Positions 47,415-56,442 of a stretch of DNA of 64,000 bases are shown here, piece after piece (positions within the stretch are counted from its first letter, which is position 1; every line of letters begins with the position of its first letter). The DNA comes from a bacterium (GTDB lineage Bacteria > Bacillota_I > Bacilli_A > RF39 > UBA660), in assembly GCA_022779465.1 (NCBI GenBank), contig JALFTB010000020.1, positions 7,923-71,922 of the forward strand, given 5' to 3'. A program made the position numbers and the translations under genes. The notes beneath the pieces are model-generated. The model was not told where the DNA came from and ran no database searches. It saw only the letters and a list, made by a program, of their open reading frames with translations.

Positions 47415-48790
47415 TTTAAAATATCTCTTGCTGCGATAACACCACTAATTGATGCTTGAATTAAACCTCTGGTTATACCAGCACCATCACCAATAGCGTA
47501 AACGCCATCTATATTTGTTTTTAAATTATTATTAACTTTAACTTTAGTTGAATAAAATTTTACTTCAACACCATAAAGAATTGTTGAATCACCATTAATA
47601 CCTGGACAAACTTTATCTAAAGCCTCTAATGTTTCTAAAAGAGCAACTAGGATACGATGGGGAAGAGCAAATGATAGATCTCCAGGAACTGCGTCTTTTA
47701 AAGTAGGTTCATAACAAAGTTTTTTCATTTTATTATATGTTGAACGTTTTCCTTGTTTTAAGTCTTTTAATCTTTGAACCATAATTTTTCCACCAGTTAA
47801 CATATTTGAAAGTTCAGCAATATATTTACCATATTTTATTGGTTCATCAAATGGTTCAGTAAAGTTTGCAGATACTAATAAAGCAAAGTTAGTATTTTCG
47901 CTTTTTATATCTTTAAATGAATGACCATTGACAACGGCGATATTATCATCGTAATTTTCTTGACTAACAAATCCACCGGGATTCATACAGAAAGTTCGAA
48001 CAATATTATCGGTTGTTTTTGAAGTATTGTATATTTTAAATTCATATAATTCGTTGGTTAAAAAGTCAGTTATTGTTCTTGGAAGTTCAACTCTGACACC
48101 AATATCGATTTGATTTCCTTCAATTGGTAAATGATGTTTTTTACATGTATTTTGAAGCCATTCTGATCCACTGCGACCAACTGCTAAAATAATATTATCA
48201 CCAATAAATTCTTTTTGAGTTCCGTTAATATCAATAATTACTTTCTTTTCTTTATCTAAATCTATATCAATGGCATCTGCAAGGTCATATATTTCAACAT
48301 TTTTATAGCTTTTAATAGTTTCATACATTTTATCCATGATTATTTGAGTTTTTTCAGTACCTAGATGTCTAACAGGGCATTTTACTAATTTTAAATTATT
48401 AGCAGTACATTTATTAGCAAATTCATCAGCAAATTTTTGATTATAAATTACTTCTTTAGTAGCACCATAATCTAAATAAATATCATCTACGTATTTAATA
48501 TATTCATTTAATTTATCACTGCCAAGGTAATCTTCTAACCAACCTCCAACATCTTTGTTTAAGGATAATTTGCCATCAGAGAAAGCTCCGGCACCACCCC
48601 AACCACAAGATATGTTACAAGGAATACATCCGGCACATTTACCTAATTTAGCTTTAGGGCATTTTCTTATTTTTATGTTTCGACCTTTGTCAAACATAGC
48701 TATTTTTAAGTCAGGTTTGTTTTTTAAAAGTTCTAGGGCTGAAAAGATACCTGCAGGTCCACAACCTATAATTAAAACATCATACTTCAT
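47411..48790 (-). CDS. FAD-dependent oxidoreductase (COG2509-like)
   Basis: N-terminal YDVLIIGCGPAGIFSA dinucleotide fold and C-terminal GVYAIGDGAGITRG. Confidence 0.8.
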   Translation of the reverse strand: MKYDVLIIGCGPAGIFSALELLKNKPDLKIAMFDKGRNIKIRKCPKAKLGKCAGCIPCNISCGWGGAGAFSDGKLSLNKDVGGWLEDYLGSDKLNEYIKYVDDIYLDYGATKEVIYNQKFADEFANKCTANNLKLVKCPVRHLGTEKTQIIMDKMYETIKSYKNVEIYDLADAIDIDLDKEKKVIIDINGTQKEFIGDNIILAVGRSGSEWLQNTCKKHHLPIEGNQIDIGVRVELPRTITDFLTNELYEFKIYNTSKTTDNIVRTFCMNPGGFVSQENYDDNIAVVNGHSFKDIKSENTNFALLVSANFTEPFDEPIKYGKYIAELSNMLTGGKIMVQRLKDLKQGKRSTYNKMKKLCYEPTLKDAVPGDLSFALPHRILVALLETLEALDKVCPGINGDSTILYGVEVKFYSTKVKVNNNLKTNIDGVYAIGDGAGITRGLIQASISGVIAARDILK

Positions 48791-48862
48791 ATTATCACCA
48801 CATTATAATTATATCATATATGTTTGTTCATTTATATGATATAATTAATTTAGGTGATATTG

Positions 48863-50056
48863 ATGAATGACATTAAATTTAAACCAGTTATTTTAGGAAT
48901 AGATGTAGGAGCTTATAGTGTAGCAAGAACATTTTATGAATTTTATAATGTTAAGTCTATTATTATAGGTAAATATACTTATTGGATGACTAATTATAGT
49001 AAAATTACAGAAACTTATACAGTAGATGGAATGAAAGAAGATAAATTAATTGATTATTTAGTTGATTTAAAGAAACAATATCCAGATACTAAATTATTAC
49101 TTTTTGGTTGTTCTGAAGATTATGTTGATACAATTGTTAGAAATAAAGATGTATTAGATAAATATTATGTTATACCAACCGTTGATTTAAAGACATTAAA
49201 TAGAGTAGTGGAAAAAGAAAACTTCTATGATGTTTGTGAAAAAGTGGGAATTAATTATCCTAAAACTATTATTTTAAATAAAGATAATTATAAAGATACT
49301 TCTATTCCATTTAAATATCCAATTGTTGGTAAAGTATCTAATAAAGCTGTTTATCAAAGAATTAGTTTTGAAGGTAAGATGAAAGTATTTATAATTAACT
49401 CTTATGAAGAATTAATTACTATTCTTGATAGATGTTTTGGTGCTGGATATAATGATGATTTTGTAGTACAAGAATATATTAAAGGTACAGATGCAAATAT
49501 GAGAGTTTTAACTTGTTTCTGTGATCAAAATAGTAATGTATTATTTTCATCAGTTGGTAGAGTTTTACTTGAAGAAAAAGGACCAGATGTTACGGGAAAT
49601 TATTCTGCTATAGTAAATACAGAAGATGAGAAATTAGTAGAAGCAGCTAAGAAATTCTTAAAGGAAACTAATTATAAAGGTTATGCTAATTTTGATGTTA
49701 AGTATGATGATGAAACTAAAGATTTTTATTTCTTTGAAGTTAATGTTAGATTAGGTAGAAGTAATTTTTATATGGGAGCAGGTCATACTAATTATTTAGA
49801 ACCCTGTGTAGATGCTTATATCTATGAAAATGTTAAAGATAAATATGAACAAAAGGGTAAAGAACTATATAGAATAATTCCATTTTGTGTAATTAAGAAA
49901 TATGTTAAAGATAAAGAATTAATTAAAGAATATAAAAAGTTAAAGAGAAATAATCCATTAGATTATAAAAAAGATTTTTCTTTAAAGAGAAAGTTTTATA
50001 TTAATATGGCTTTAATTAATCATATTAGAAAGTTTAGAAAGTATTATGAGAAATAA
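48863..50056 (+). CDS. ATP-grasp carboxylate-amine ligase (COG3919-type; D-aspartate ligase-like)
   Basis: N-terminus PVILGIDVGAYSVARTFYEFYNVKS and an ATP-grasp core (VVQEYIKG...FFEVNVRLGRSN). Overlaps the racemase gene by 11 nt. Confidence 0.65.
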   Translation: MNDIKFKPVILGIDVGAYSVARTFYEFYNVKSIIIGKYTYWMTNYSKITETYTVDGMKEDKLIDYLVDLKKQYPDTKLLLFGCSEDYVDTIVRNKDVLDKYYVIPTVDLKTLNRVVEKENFYDVCEKVGINYPKTIILNKDNYKDTSIPFKYPIVGKVSNKAVYQRISFEGKMKVFIINSYEELITILDRCFGAGYNDDFVVQEYIKGTDANMRVLTCFCDQNSNVLFSSVGRVLLEEKGPDVTGNYSAIVNTEDEKLVEAAKKFLKETNYKGYANFDVKYDDETKDFYFFEVNVRLGRSNFYMGAGHTNYLEPCVDAYIYENVKDKYEQKGKELYRIIPFCVIKKYVKDKELIKEYKKLKRNNPLDYKKDFSLKRKFYINMALINHIRKFRKYYEK

Positions 50057-50753
50057 TTTAGTAGGTGTAATTGGTGGGTTAGGCCCTATGGCTACTGCCA
50101 AATTTATGGAGATAGTTATTAATAATACAGAAGCTACTTGTGATCAAGAAAATGTTGATATGCTTATATGTCAATATTCAAGTATACCTGATAGAACTGC
50201 TTATATTTTAGATGATAGTAAAACTAATCCGGTTTATGAGATGATTGAAGCAGCTAAATTACTTGAAAATAATAATGTATTATTTATAGTTATGCCATGT
50301 AATACAGCAACTTATTTTTATGATGAAGTAGCTAAAAGTGTAAATATACCGATACTTAATATTGTAAAAGAAACTGTAAATAATGTGATTGATAGAGGTA
50401 TTAAAAAAATTGGCTTAATGGCTACTGATGGAACTATTCAATCGGGTGTTTATGATAAGTATGCTGAAGATAAATTAGAAATATTTAAACCTAATGAAGA
50501 AATTCAAAAAAAGGTTATGTCAATTATTTATGATGATGTAAAACAAAATAAAATACCTAGTAAAGAAGAACTTATGAATATTGTAAAGTATTTTAAAGAT
50601 AGTAATTGTGAAGCAGTTATTGCTGGATGTACTGAGTTATCGGTAGCATTTAATCAGTTAGGTATTGATTTAGAAAAAGAAAATATTGTTGATAGTTTAA
50701 CAGTACTTGCAAAGAAAACAATTTTATTAGCTGGCAAAAATATTAAAAAATAG
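50046..50753 (+). CDS. Aspartate/amino-acid racemase (Asp/Glu/hydantoin racemase family)
   Basis: VGVIGGLGPMAT, MPCNTATYF and AGCTELS motifs with the two catalytic Cys. Confidence 0.85.
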   Translation: MRNNLVGVIGGLGPMATAKFMEIVINNTEATCDQENVDMLICQYSSIPDRTAYILDDSKTNPVYEMIEAAKLLENNNVLFIVMPCNTATYFYDEVAKSVNIPILNIVKETVNNVIDRGIKKIGLMATDGTIQSGVYDKYAEDKLEIFKPNEEIQKKVMSIIYDDVKQNKIPSKEELMNIVKYFKDSNCEAVIAGCTELSVAFNQLGIDLEKENIVDSLTVLAKKTILLAGKNIKK

Positions 50754-50770
50754 TTTTTGGAGTGGATTGT

Positions 50771-51835
50771 ATGAAAAAGAAATATTTTTATTTGGGTATA
50801 TATGTATTAATTTTATTGATAGAGATATATTCTTTTAAAAATATTTTTTATAAGCCTCAAAATGTTGTTATTAGTAAACCTATCATTATACAGAAAGTGT
50901 GTAGTGATGATATTAAAAGTGTAAAAATAACAGCGGCAGGTGATTGTACAATCGGTTGGGATTCAAGATATGGATATGCGACTAGATATGATAAATATTT
51001 AGATGATAATAATGGAGATTATGGTTATTATTTTAAAAAAGTTAAATATTTATTTGAAAGTGATGATTTATCAATTGTTAACTTGGAAGGTCAATTAACC
51101 AGTTCGAATGATAGAGTAGAGAAAAAATTTAATTTTAAGGCACCAACTTCTTATGTTAATGTGTTAAAAAAGGGTAATATAGAGGTTGTGAGCTTTGCTA
51201 ATAATCATGCTTATGATTTTGGTGAAAAAGGATATGAAGAGACTGTAAAGACTTTAAATGAAGCAAATGTTGATTATTATGGTGGTAGTAAATATTTAAT
51301 TAAAGAAGTTAATGGAATTAAAATTGGTTTTTTTGCTTTATTAGATATATATGGACGAAAATATAATGAGTGTTTAAAAGCAATTAATTATTTAAAAGAA
51401 CAAAATTGTGATTTGATTATAGCTTCTATGCATTGGGGTATAGAAGGTGACTATGTTCAAGCTACTTTTCAAGAAAATTTAGGGCATTATTTAATTGATA
51501 ATGGTGTAGATTTAGTTTTAGGGGCTCATCCTCATTTAATTCAAGGTATTGAAAAATATAATGATAAATATATATTATATTCAATGGGTAACTTTTCTTT
51601 TGGTGGTAATCAAAATCCACCTGATAAGGATACTTTTATTTATCAACAAACTTTTAAATTTGTTAATGGTAAATTACAACTTGATGATAATATTTCAATA
51701 ATACCAGCATCTGTTTCAAGTGTTAAATATATAAATAATTATCAACCAGTTGTGTTAGATGGTAGTGAAGGCGAAAGAGTTCTTAATAAAATACTTAAAT
51801 ATAGTAAAGGATTTGAATACAAAAAAAGTGCATAA
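50771..51835 (+). CDS. CapA/PGA_cap-family metallophosphoesterase-like protein, membrane anchored
   Basis: N-terminal TM, then ITAAGDCTIG, SFANNHAYDFG, ASMHWGIE and GAHPH motifs. Confidence 0.75.
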   Translation: MKKKYFYLGIYVLILLIEIYSFKNIFYKPQNVVISKPIIIQKVCSDDIKSVKITAAGDCTIGWDSRYGYATRYDKYLDDNNGDYGYYFKKVKYLFESDDLSIVNLEGQLTSSNDRVEKKFNFKAPTSYVNVLKKGNIEVVSFANNHAYDFGEKGYEETVKTLNEANVDYYGGSKYLIKEVNGIKIGFFALLDIYGRKYNECLKAINYLKEQNCDLIIASMHWGIEGDYVQATFQENLGHYLIDNGVDLVLGAHPHLIQGIEKYNDKYILYSMGNFSFGGNQNPPDKDTFIYQQTFKFVNGKLQLDDNISIIPASVSSVKYINNYQPVVLDGSEGERVLNKILKYSKGFEYKKSA

Positions 51836-51851
51836 ATTTTGCACTTTTTTT
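51821..51851. terminator. Bidirectional terminator between convergent genes
   Basis: Hairpin agtgca-taaattt-tgcact with flanking A7 and T6 runs. Confidence 0.7.
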
Positions 51852-53598
51852 AATGTAAATCTTTATATGAAACTTTACCGACTAAGGTCATTGGAAGTCC
51901 ATCTACATATTCAATATCTTGAGGAATAGCATAATTTGCAAGATTTTGTTTAAGATATTTATTAATTGATCTTTTAACTTCTAGTGATGGTTTTATGCCT
52001 TCTTTAAGAACAACAAATGCTTTAGCAACTTCTCCTTTATAAGGATGTGAAACACCAATTACAGCACTTTGGAAAACATATTCATTTTTAGCAAGTAATT
52101 CTTCAATGTAGCTTGGATAAACATTATAACCATTAGTGATAATCATACGTTTAATTCTTGAACGATAATAAATTAATCCTTTATTATCCATAGAACCCAT
52201 GTCTCCAGTATGAAGCCATGTAATTCCATTTTCATCTTTAGTTAATGTTTCTTTTGTTTCTTTAGGTTCATCAAGGTAACCCAACATTACATTAGGGCCA
52301 CTTATTAAGATTTCACCATCTTCGCCAGGATTTACTTCGTGACCATCATTTAGATCAACGATTTTATAAACACAATTAGGAAAAGGAATACCAATGATAT
52401 CTTTTTTCTTTTCCATTCCTTCTGGAGATAGGCAACAAGCCCCAGCTCCTTCAGTTAATCCATAACCAACTCTAAGATCAGTTTTACAACCATGAGCTTT
52501 AAAGTATTCATTTATTTTCTTTTTATTTTCAATAGTAATAGAATCGCCACCACAAACTGCTAAAGTTAAATCGGATAAATCATTAGGACCTAATTTTAGT
52601 TTTGTGATAGCATCAAATAATGAAGGAACACCAGCAATTACATTTGGATGATACTTCTTTAAAATCTTTTTCATTTTTTTCATATCAAATTTGGGAATTA
52701 AAATTACTTTCATACCTGAATATAGGGGCGTATGAGTAGAAATTCCAATTCCAAAAGCATGGAAATTTGGTAATATTGTTAAAAATGAATTACTAGGCTT
52801 CATAGTATCAGACATATATCTACTTTGAATAGCACCAGCATTAAAGTTAAGATTACTTAAACAAATACCTTTAGGTTTACCAGTTGTACCACCACTATAA
52901 AGAATAACTGCTAAATCAGTATCTTTTCTTTTAACGTAATACTCTTCATTATAGTAAGCACCATTTTTAATAAATTGACGCCAAGAAAGAACGATTTCTT
53001 TATTTTCTTTCATACTTTTATCATTTTTGCGTCCTTTAAATAAGTAATAGAATGTATCAACTACAAATCCCATAGACTTAGTTGCTGAAGAAACAACAAC
53101 GTGTTTAACTTTTGTATCTTTAATAGCATTCATAACTTTAGGGTAGCATAAATCAATTGTTAAAATAACTTTACTTTTGGCTTTATTTAAATAAAAGTTT
53201 ATTTCATTTTCAGATGATAGGGGATGAATCATGTTTGCTACTGCACCAACCATATTAATAGCATAGAACATAATTACAGCTTCTGGTGTGTTTGGCATAC
53301 AGATTGTTACACGATCATCTTCTTCAACACCAATTCTTTTTAAGCTGCGAGCACATTTTTTAATTTTGTTTACAAATTCAACATAAGATATTTGCGTGTT
53401 GTAATATTCGATAGCAATATTATTTGGATACATAGAGGCAGATAATAGAACTGCATCTATTAAACTACCATTATCATATTTTATTTCTTTAGGGGTTTTT
53501 GTATAATAATTAGCCCATTTATTTTTAGGATTAATTCCTAATAATCTTTTAAAATTATTTAAATGTTTATTTAGCTTGTTTTTCAATGATTCGTACAT
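51850..53598 (-). CDS. AMP-forming acyl-CoA synthetase / acyl-adenylate ligase (ANL superfamily)
   Basis: YSGGTTGKPKG, GYGLTEG and the C-terminal GKVSYKDL lysine motif. Start at the ATG 6 nt after GGAGG. Confidence 0.85.
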   Translation of the reverse strand: MYESLKNKLNKHLNNFKRLLGINPKNKWANYYTKTPKEIKYDNGSLIDAVLLSASMYPNNIAIEYYNTQISYVEFVNKIKKCARSLKRIGVEEDDRVTICMPNTPEAVIMFYAINMVGAVANMIHPLSSENEINFYLNKAKSKVILTIDLCYPKVMNAIKDTKVKHVVVSSATKSMGFVVDTFYYLFKGRKNDKSMKENKEIVLSWRQFIKNGAYYNEEYYVKRKDTDLAVILYSGGTTGKPKGICLSNLNFNAGAIQSRYMSDTMKPSNSFLTILPNFHAFGIGISTHTPLYSGMKVILIPKFDMKKMKKILKKYHPNVIAGVPSLFDAITKLKLGPNDLSDLTLAVCGGDSITIENKKKINEYFKAHGCKTDLRVGYGLTEGAGACCLSPEGMEKKKDIIGIPFPNCVYKIVDLNDGHEVNPGEDGEILISGPNVMLGYLDEPKETKETLTKDENGITWLHTGDMGSMDNKGLIYYRSRIKRMIITNGYNVYPSYIEELLAKNEYVFQSAVIGVSHPYKGEVAKAFVVLKEGIKPSLEVKRSINKYLKQNLANYAIPQDIEYVDGLPMTLVGKVSYKDLH

Positions 53599-54427
53599 TA
53601 GCATCCTCCTCAAGGACTTCTGGGTTATTAAACATGTATTCTAATAATTTTAGTGATTTAACAAAATAGAATCCGTCACCAATTCTTTCATCTAATGTTG
53701 CACCAAATTCACACATTTTGCGAATTTCAACCTTGCCATCAATAACAACAGGTTCATCTTTTATTTCACCGATAGTAATAAGAAGGCTGTTTGTTCCTAA
53801 GTCGGTTAAGTGATGATAAATAGCACCGCATTTAATACTTCCTAAATTTGATAGTAGTACACTAGAATGATAGATTGAATTACTAGTTAATGATTGTGGA
53901 ATTAAATCATGATTATCGGCAAATTTAACTATTTTGATAATTAACCATCTGATAAATTTTGGTAATTTGCCAATATTGTTTATAAAATTATCAGCAGCAT
54001 TTGTTTTCTTTTCCTCTCTAACTTTATGCACTTTACCAGATATTTTATTACTCATTGTAAAAATGTTATCTTTTTCTTCAACTTTAACTACATTAAATGT
54101 TTCTTCAGCAAGATCATTAAATTCTTTTTTTGCTACAAATGATAAAGTAATATCTTTACGATCATAATGAGTTTTATTAATAATAAATCTATTTAATAGA
54201 GGTCTATTGTAAAGTAATTTACCAATACCAATTGCAAAAGCATGAAAATATGTTAAATCTTCATTACCTTTTTGTTTTTTCTTTTTGTTTATATATTCAA
54301 CTAAATTAGTTACATCTAATTTGGTATTTATGTATACTTCAGAATCAGCACGTCTTGGCATAACAAAATTTATTAATCCATGCATTCCATCTAAGTTTTT
54401 TACTTTAATTCCATCTTTTCTATTCAT
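53567..54427 (-). CDS. Stand-alone 2-oxoacid dehydrogenase E2 / CAT-fold acyltransferase domain protein with DERIGDG in place of the DHRxxDG catalytic motif
   Basis: C-terminus FGATLDERIGDGFYFVKSLKLLEYMFNNPEVL aligns with the E2 catalytic motif. No lipoyl or subunit-binding domain. Confidence 0.6.
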   Translation of the reverse strand: MNRKDGIKVKNLDGMHGLINFVMPRRADSEVYINTKLDVTNLVEYINKKKKQKGNEDLTYFHAFAIGIGKLLYNRPLLNRFIINKTHYDRKDITLSFVAKKEFNDLAEETFNVVKVEEKDNIFTMSNKISGKVHKVREEKKTNAADNFINNIGKLPKFIRWLIIKIVKFADNHDLIPQSLTSNSIYHSSVLLSNLGSIKCGAIYHHLTDLGTNSLLITIGEIKDEPVVIDGKVEIRKMCEFGATLDERIGDGFYFVKSLKLLEYMFNNPEVLEEDANVRIIEKQAK

Positions 54428-54542
54428 AATCTACTTCTCCTATACTCATAATACAATTAATTATAACATACTTTTTTTGCAATAATCAATTTTTGCTTGC
54501 AATTATGTTAGTTATTCGGGCAGAAATAAAAAAATGTCTGAT

Positions 54543-54570
54543 AAAAAAATAACAGTATATATCTGTTATT
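54543..54570 (-). terminator. Rho-independent terminator after the ybaK-like gene
   Basis: On the minus strand, aataacag-atatata-ctgttatt followed by T7. It overlaps the stop codon. Confidence 0.7.
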
Positions 54571-55039
54571 AATTCCAATCTTTACAAACGTCTACCCAAT
54601 TTAAATAATTTGAGTATTTTTCTAATTCTTCTAATGTTAATTTAATGGCACTATTTGTTGAACCGCATGCGGGATAAACATATTTAAATCTTTTTAATGA
54701 TACATCTAAATAGACTTTAATGTTATCATTTATAGCAAATGGGCAAACCCCACCAACAGCGTGACCTACTAAAGTTTCTACTTCATCAAATTTTAACATA
54801 GCTGCTTTGTGTTTAAAATATGCTTTATATTTAGCATTATCAATTTTAGCATCTCCTGCTGTTACAATCATGATTACTTCATCTTCTAATTTAAATGCTA
54901 GAGACTTAGCAATTTCTTTTTCTTCACAACATAGTGCATGTGCAGCATCTGCAACAGTTGCACTGGATTCATTTAATTCAATAATACGATTATCCATATT
55001 ATATTGTTTAAAATATTCTTTTACTTTTACTAATGACAT
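54569..55039 (-). CDS. YbaK/EbsC-family aminoacyl-tRNA deacylase domain protein
   Basis: HAVGGVCPF motif, about 156 aa. Start at the ATG after AGGTGAAG. Confidence 0.75.
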   Translation of the reverse strand: MSLVKVKEYFKQYNMDNRIIELNESSATVADAAHALCCEEKEIAKSLAFKLEDEVIMIVTAGDAKIDNAKYKAYFKHKAAMLKFDEVETLVGHAVGGVCPFAINDNIKVYLDVSLKRFKYVYPACGSTNSAIKLTLEELEKYSNYLNWVDVCKDWN

Positions 55040-55118
55040 AGACTTCACCTGTTAATAATAATATAAAATTTTTTTATTAAAATCAATATTAAAAAATGTA
55101 TTATATTTTTAATTAATA

Positions 55119-55127
55119 TGATATAAT
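55119..55127 (+). promoter_or_regulatory. Extended -10 element TGaTATAAT upstream of the small basic ORF
   Basis: Sits about 27 nt upstream of the AAGGAGG RBS. The -35 is weak. Confidence 0.45.
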
Positions 55128-55153
55128 ACTTACGTTGATTAAGGAGGCGTAGT

Positions 55154-55279
55154 ATGAAAGTTTATAAAAAGAAATTACCAAAAGGTGTTAGAAAAATGTT
55201 TAAATATGAAAAAGGCGTTAAAGTTAAAATTTTAAATAGTTTATACACTGATAAAAAGAAAAAAGCAGAAAATAAGTAA
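55154..55279 (+). CDS. Unlisted 41-codon highly basic small protein (MKVYKKKLPKGVRKMFKYEKGVKVKILNSLYTDKKKKAENK)
   Basis: Consensus AAGGAGG 7 nt upstream of the ATG, its own -10, and an immediate terminator. Too short for the ORF track. Confidence 0.5.
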   Translation: MKVYKKKLPKGVRKMFKYEKGVKVKILNSLYTDKKKKAENK

Positions 55280-55296
55280 TTTACTTATTTTTTTTT
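55271..55296 (+). terminator. Rho-independent terminator overlapping the small-ORF stop
   Basis: Hairpin aataagt-aattt-acttatt followed by T7. Confidence 0.7.
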
Positions 55297-55355
55297 CCAC
55301 TTTATTTAGAAATATATTATAATTATTTTAGTTGGCATAAAAAAGGACAAATATT

Positions 55356-56441
55356 ATGGATCAAAAGAAATTTGGAGAATTTGTTAAGAAATTAAGAGAA
55401 GAGAAAAATCTTAATCAAGAACAATTAGGTAATGAAGTACATGTACATAGGACCACAGTTAATAAATGGGAGAAAGGTAATGCTTTACCACTTAATGATA
55501 CTTTAGTGTTACTGAGTAACTTCTTTGATGTTTCTATAGATGAATTATTAGCTGGTGAAAGATTTAATAATAAAAATAAAAAAGATAAAAATAAAGATGT
55601 AGTTTTAGATTTATTAAATCATCAAAGAAATTTAAATAAATACTTAAAAATAATTTTTATAATTTTAATAATTGTTAGTTTTGTATTTTTATCATATTAT
55701 TTCTTTAAAAACTATAATACAATAAGCGTTTATGGAATTCGTGGTGAAGGCGAAAAATACAATATTAAGGATGGAGTATTAATTATTTCTAAAAACAGGT
55801 CATATTTAAAATTAGGAACTGTTATTGATAAGAAAACTAATGAAAACTTAATCGCTGATGTTAATCTTTATGTTGAAAAGAAAAATGGTAAACAAGTAAG
55901 TGTATATAAAAGTACTTCTGATATGTTAATTACTGATTATAATGATTTTAAAAATTTGTATTTAGATGATACTTTAAAAGATGAATATGATAATTTTTAT
56001 GTTAAAGTTATATATAAAAAACATGAAGAAATTATTAATATTAATTTGACTAGATATTTTAAAAATGAATATTTATTTTCAAAACATGATGAAACTTTTG
56101 AAAGCTTCAAAAAACAAAATATGCATGAATATTTAATTCGTAAAAATTTTAAATATGATGAAAAATTTAGACAATATTCTTATGAGAATGGCAATTTGAA
56201 AATGTATTACAATTTAAATCAATCCTATATTATAGTTTTTAATAATAATCCCAAAAAAGAAGTTAGATATCGTTATAATTTATTAAATAAAAATCTATGT
56301 TTAAATCTTTTATATGTTGATTCTGATGTAGATGATTACGTTTTTAATACAAAAGATTTAAAAAAATTATCTGATGAAGAATATCAAATTTACTCCAATT
56401 TTAAGGAAAATTATTTAGATATTTACTTCCCGTTTTTATAG
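55356..56441 (+). CDS. Membrane-tethered XRE-family HTH regulator with a ~230-aa extracytoplasmic domain
   Basis: HTH_3 signature (LREEKNLNQEQLGNEVHVHRTTVNKWEKG), a single TM (IIFIILIIVSFVFLSYYFF) and an unknown C-terminal domain. Confidence 0.75.
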   Translation: MDQKKFGEFVKKLREEKNLNQEQLGNEVHVHRTTVNKWEKGNALPLNDTLVLLSNFFDVSIDELLAGERFNNKNKKDKNKDVVLDLLNHQRNLNKYLKIIFIILIIVSFVFLSYYFFKNYNTISVYGIRGEGEKYNIKDGVLIISKNRSYLKLGTVIDKKTNENLIADVNLYVEKKNGKQVSVYKSTSDMLITDYNDFKNLYLDDTLKDEYDNFYVKVIYKKHEEIININLTRYFKNEYLFSKHDETFESFKKQNMHEYLIRKNFKYDEKFRQYSYENGNLKMYYNLNQSYIIVFNNNPKKEVRYRYNLLNKNLCLNLLYVDSDVDDYVFNTKDLKKLSDEEYQIYSNFKENYLDIYFPFL

Positions 56442-56442
56442 T

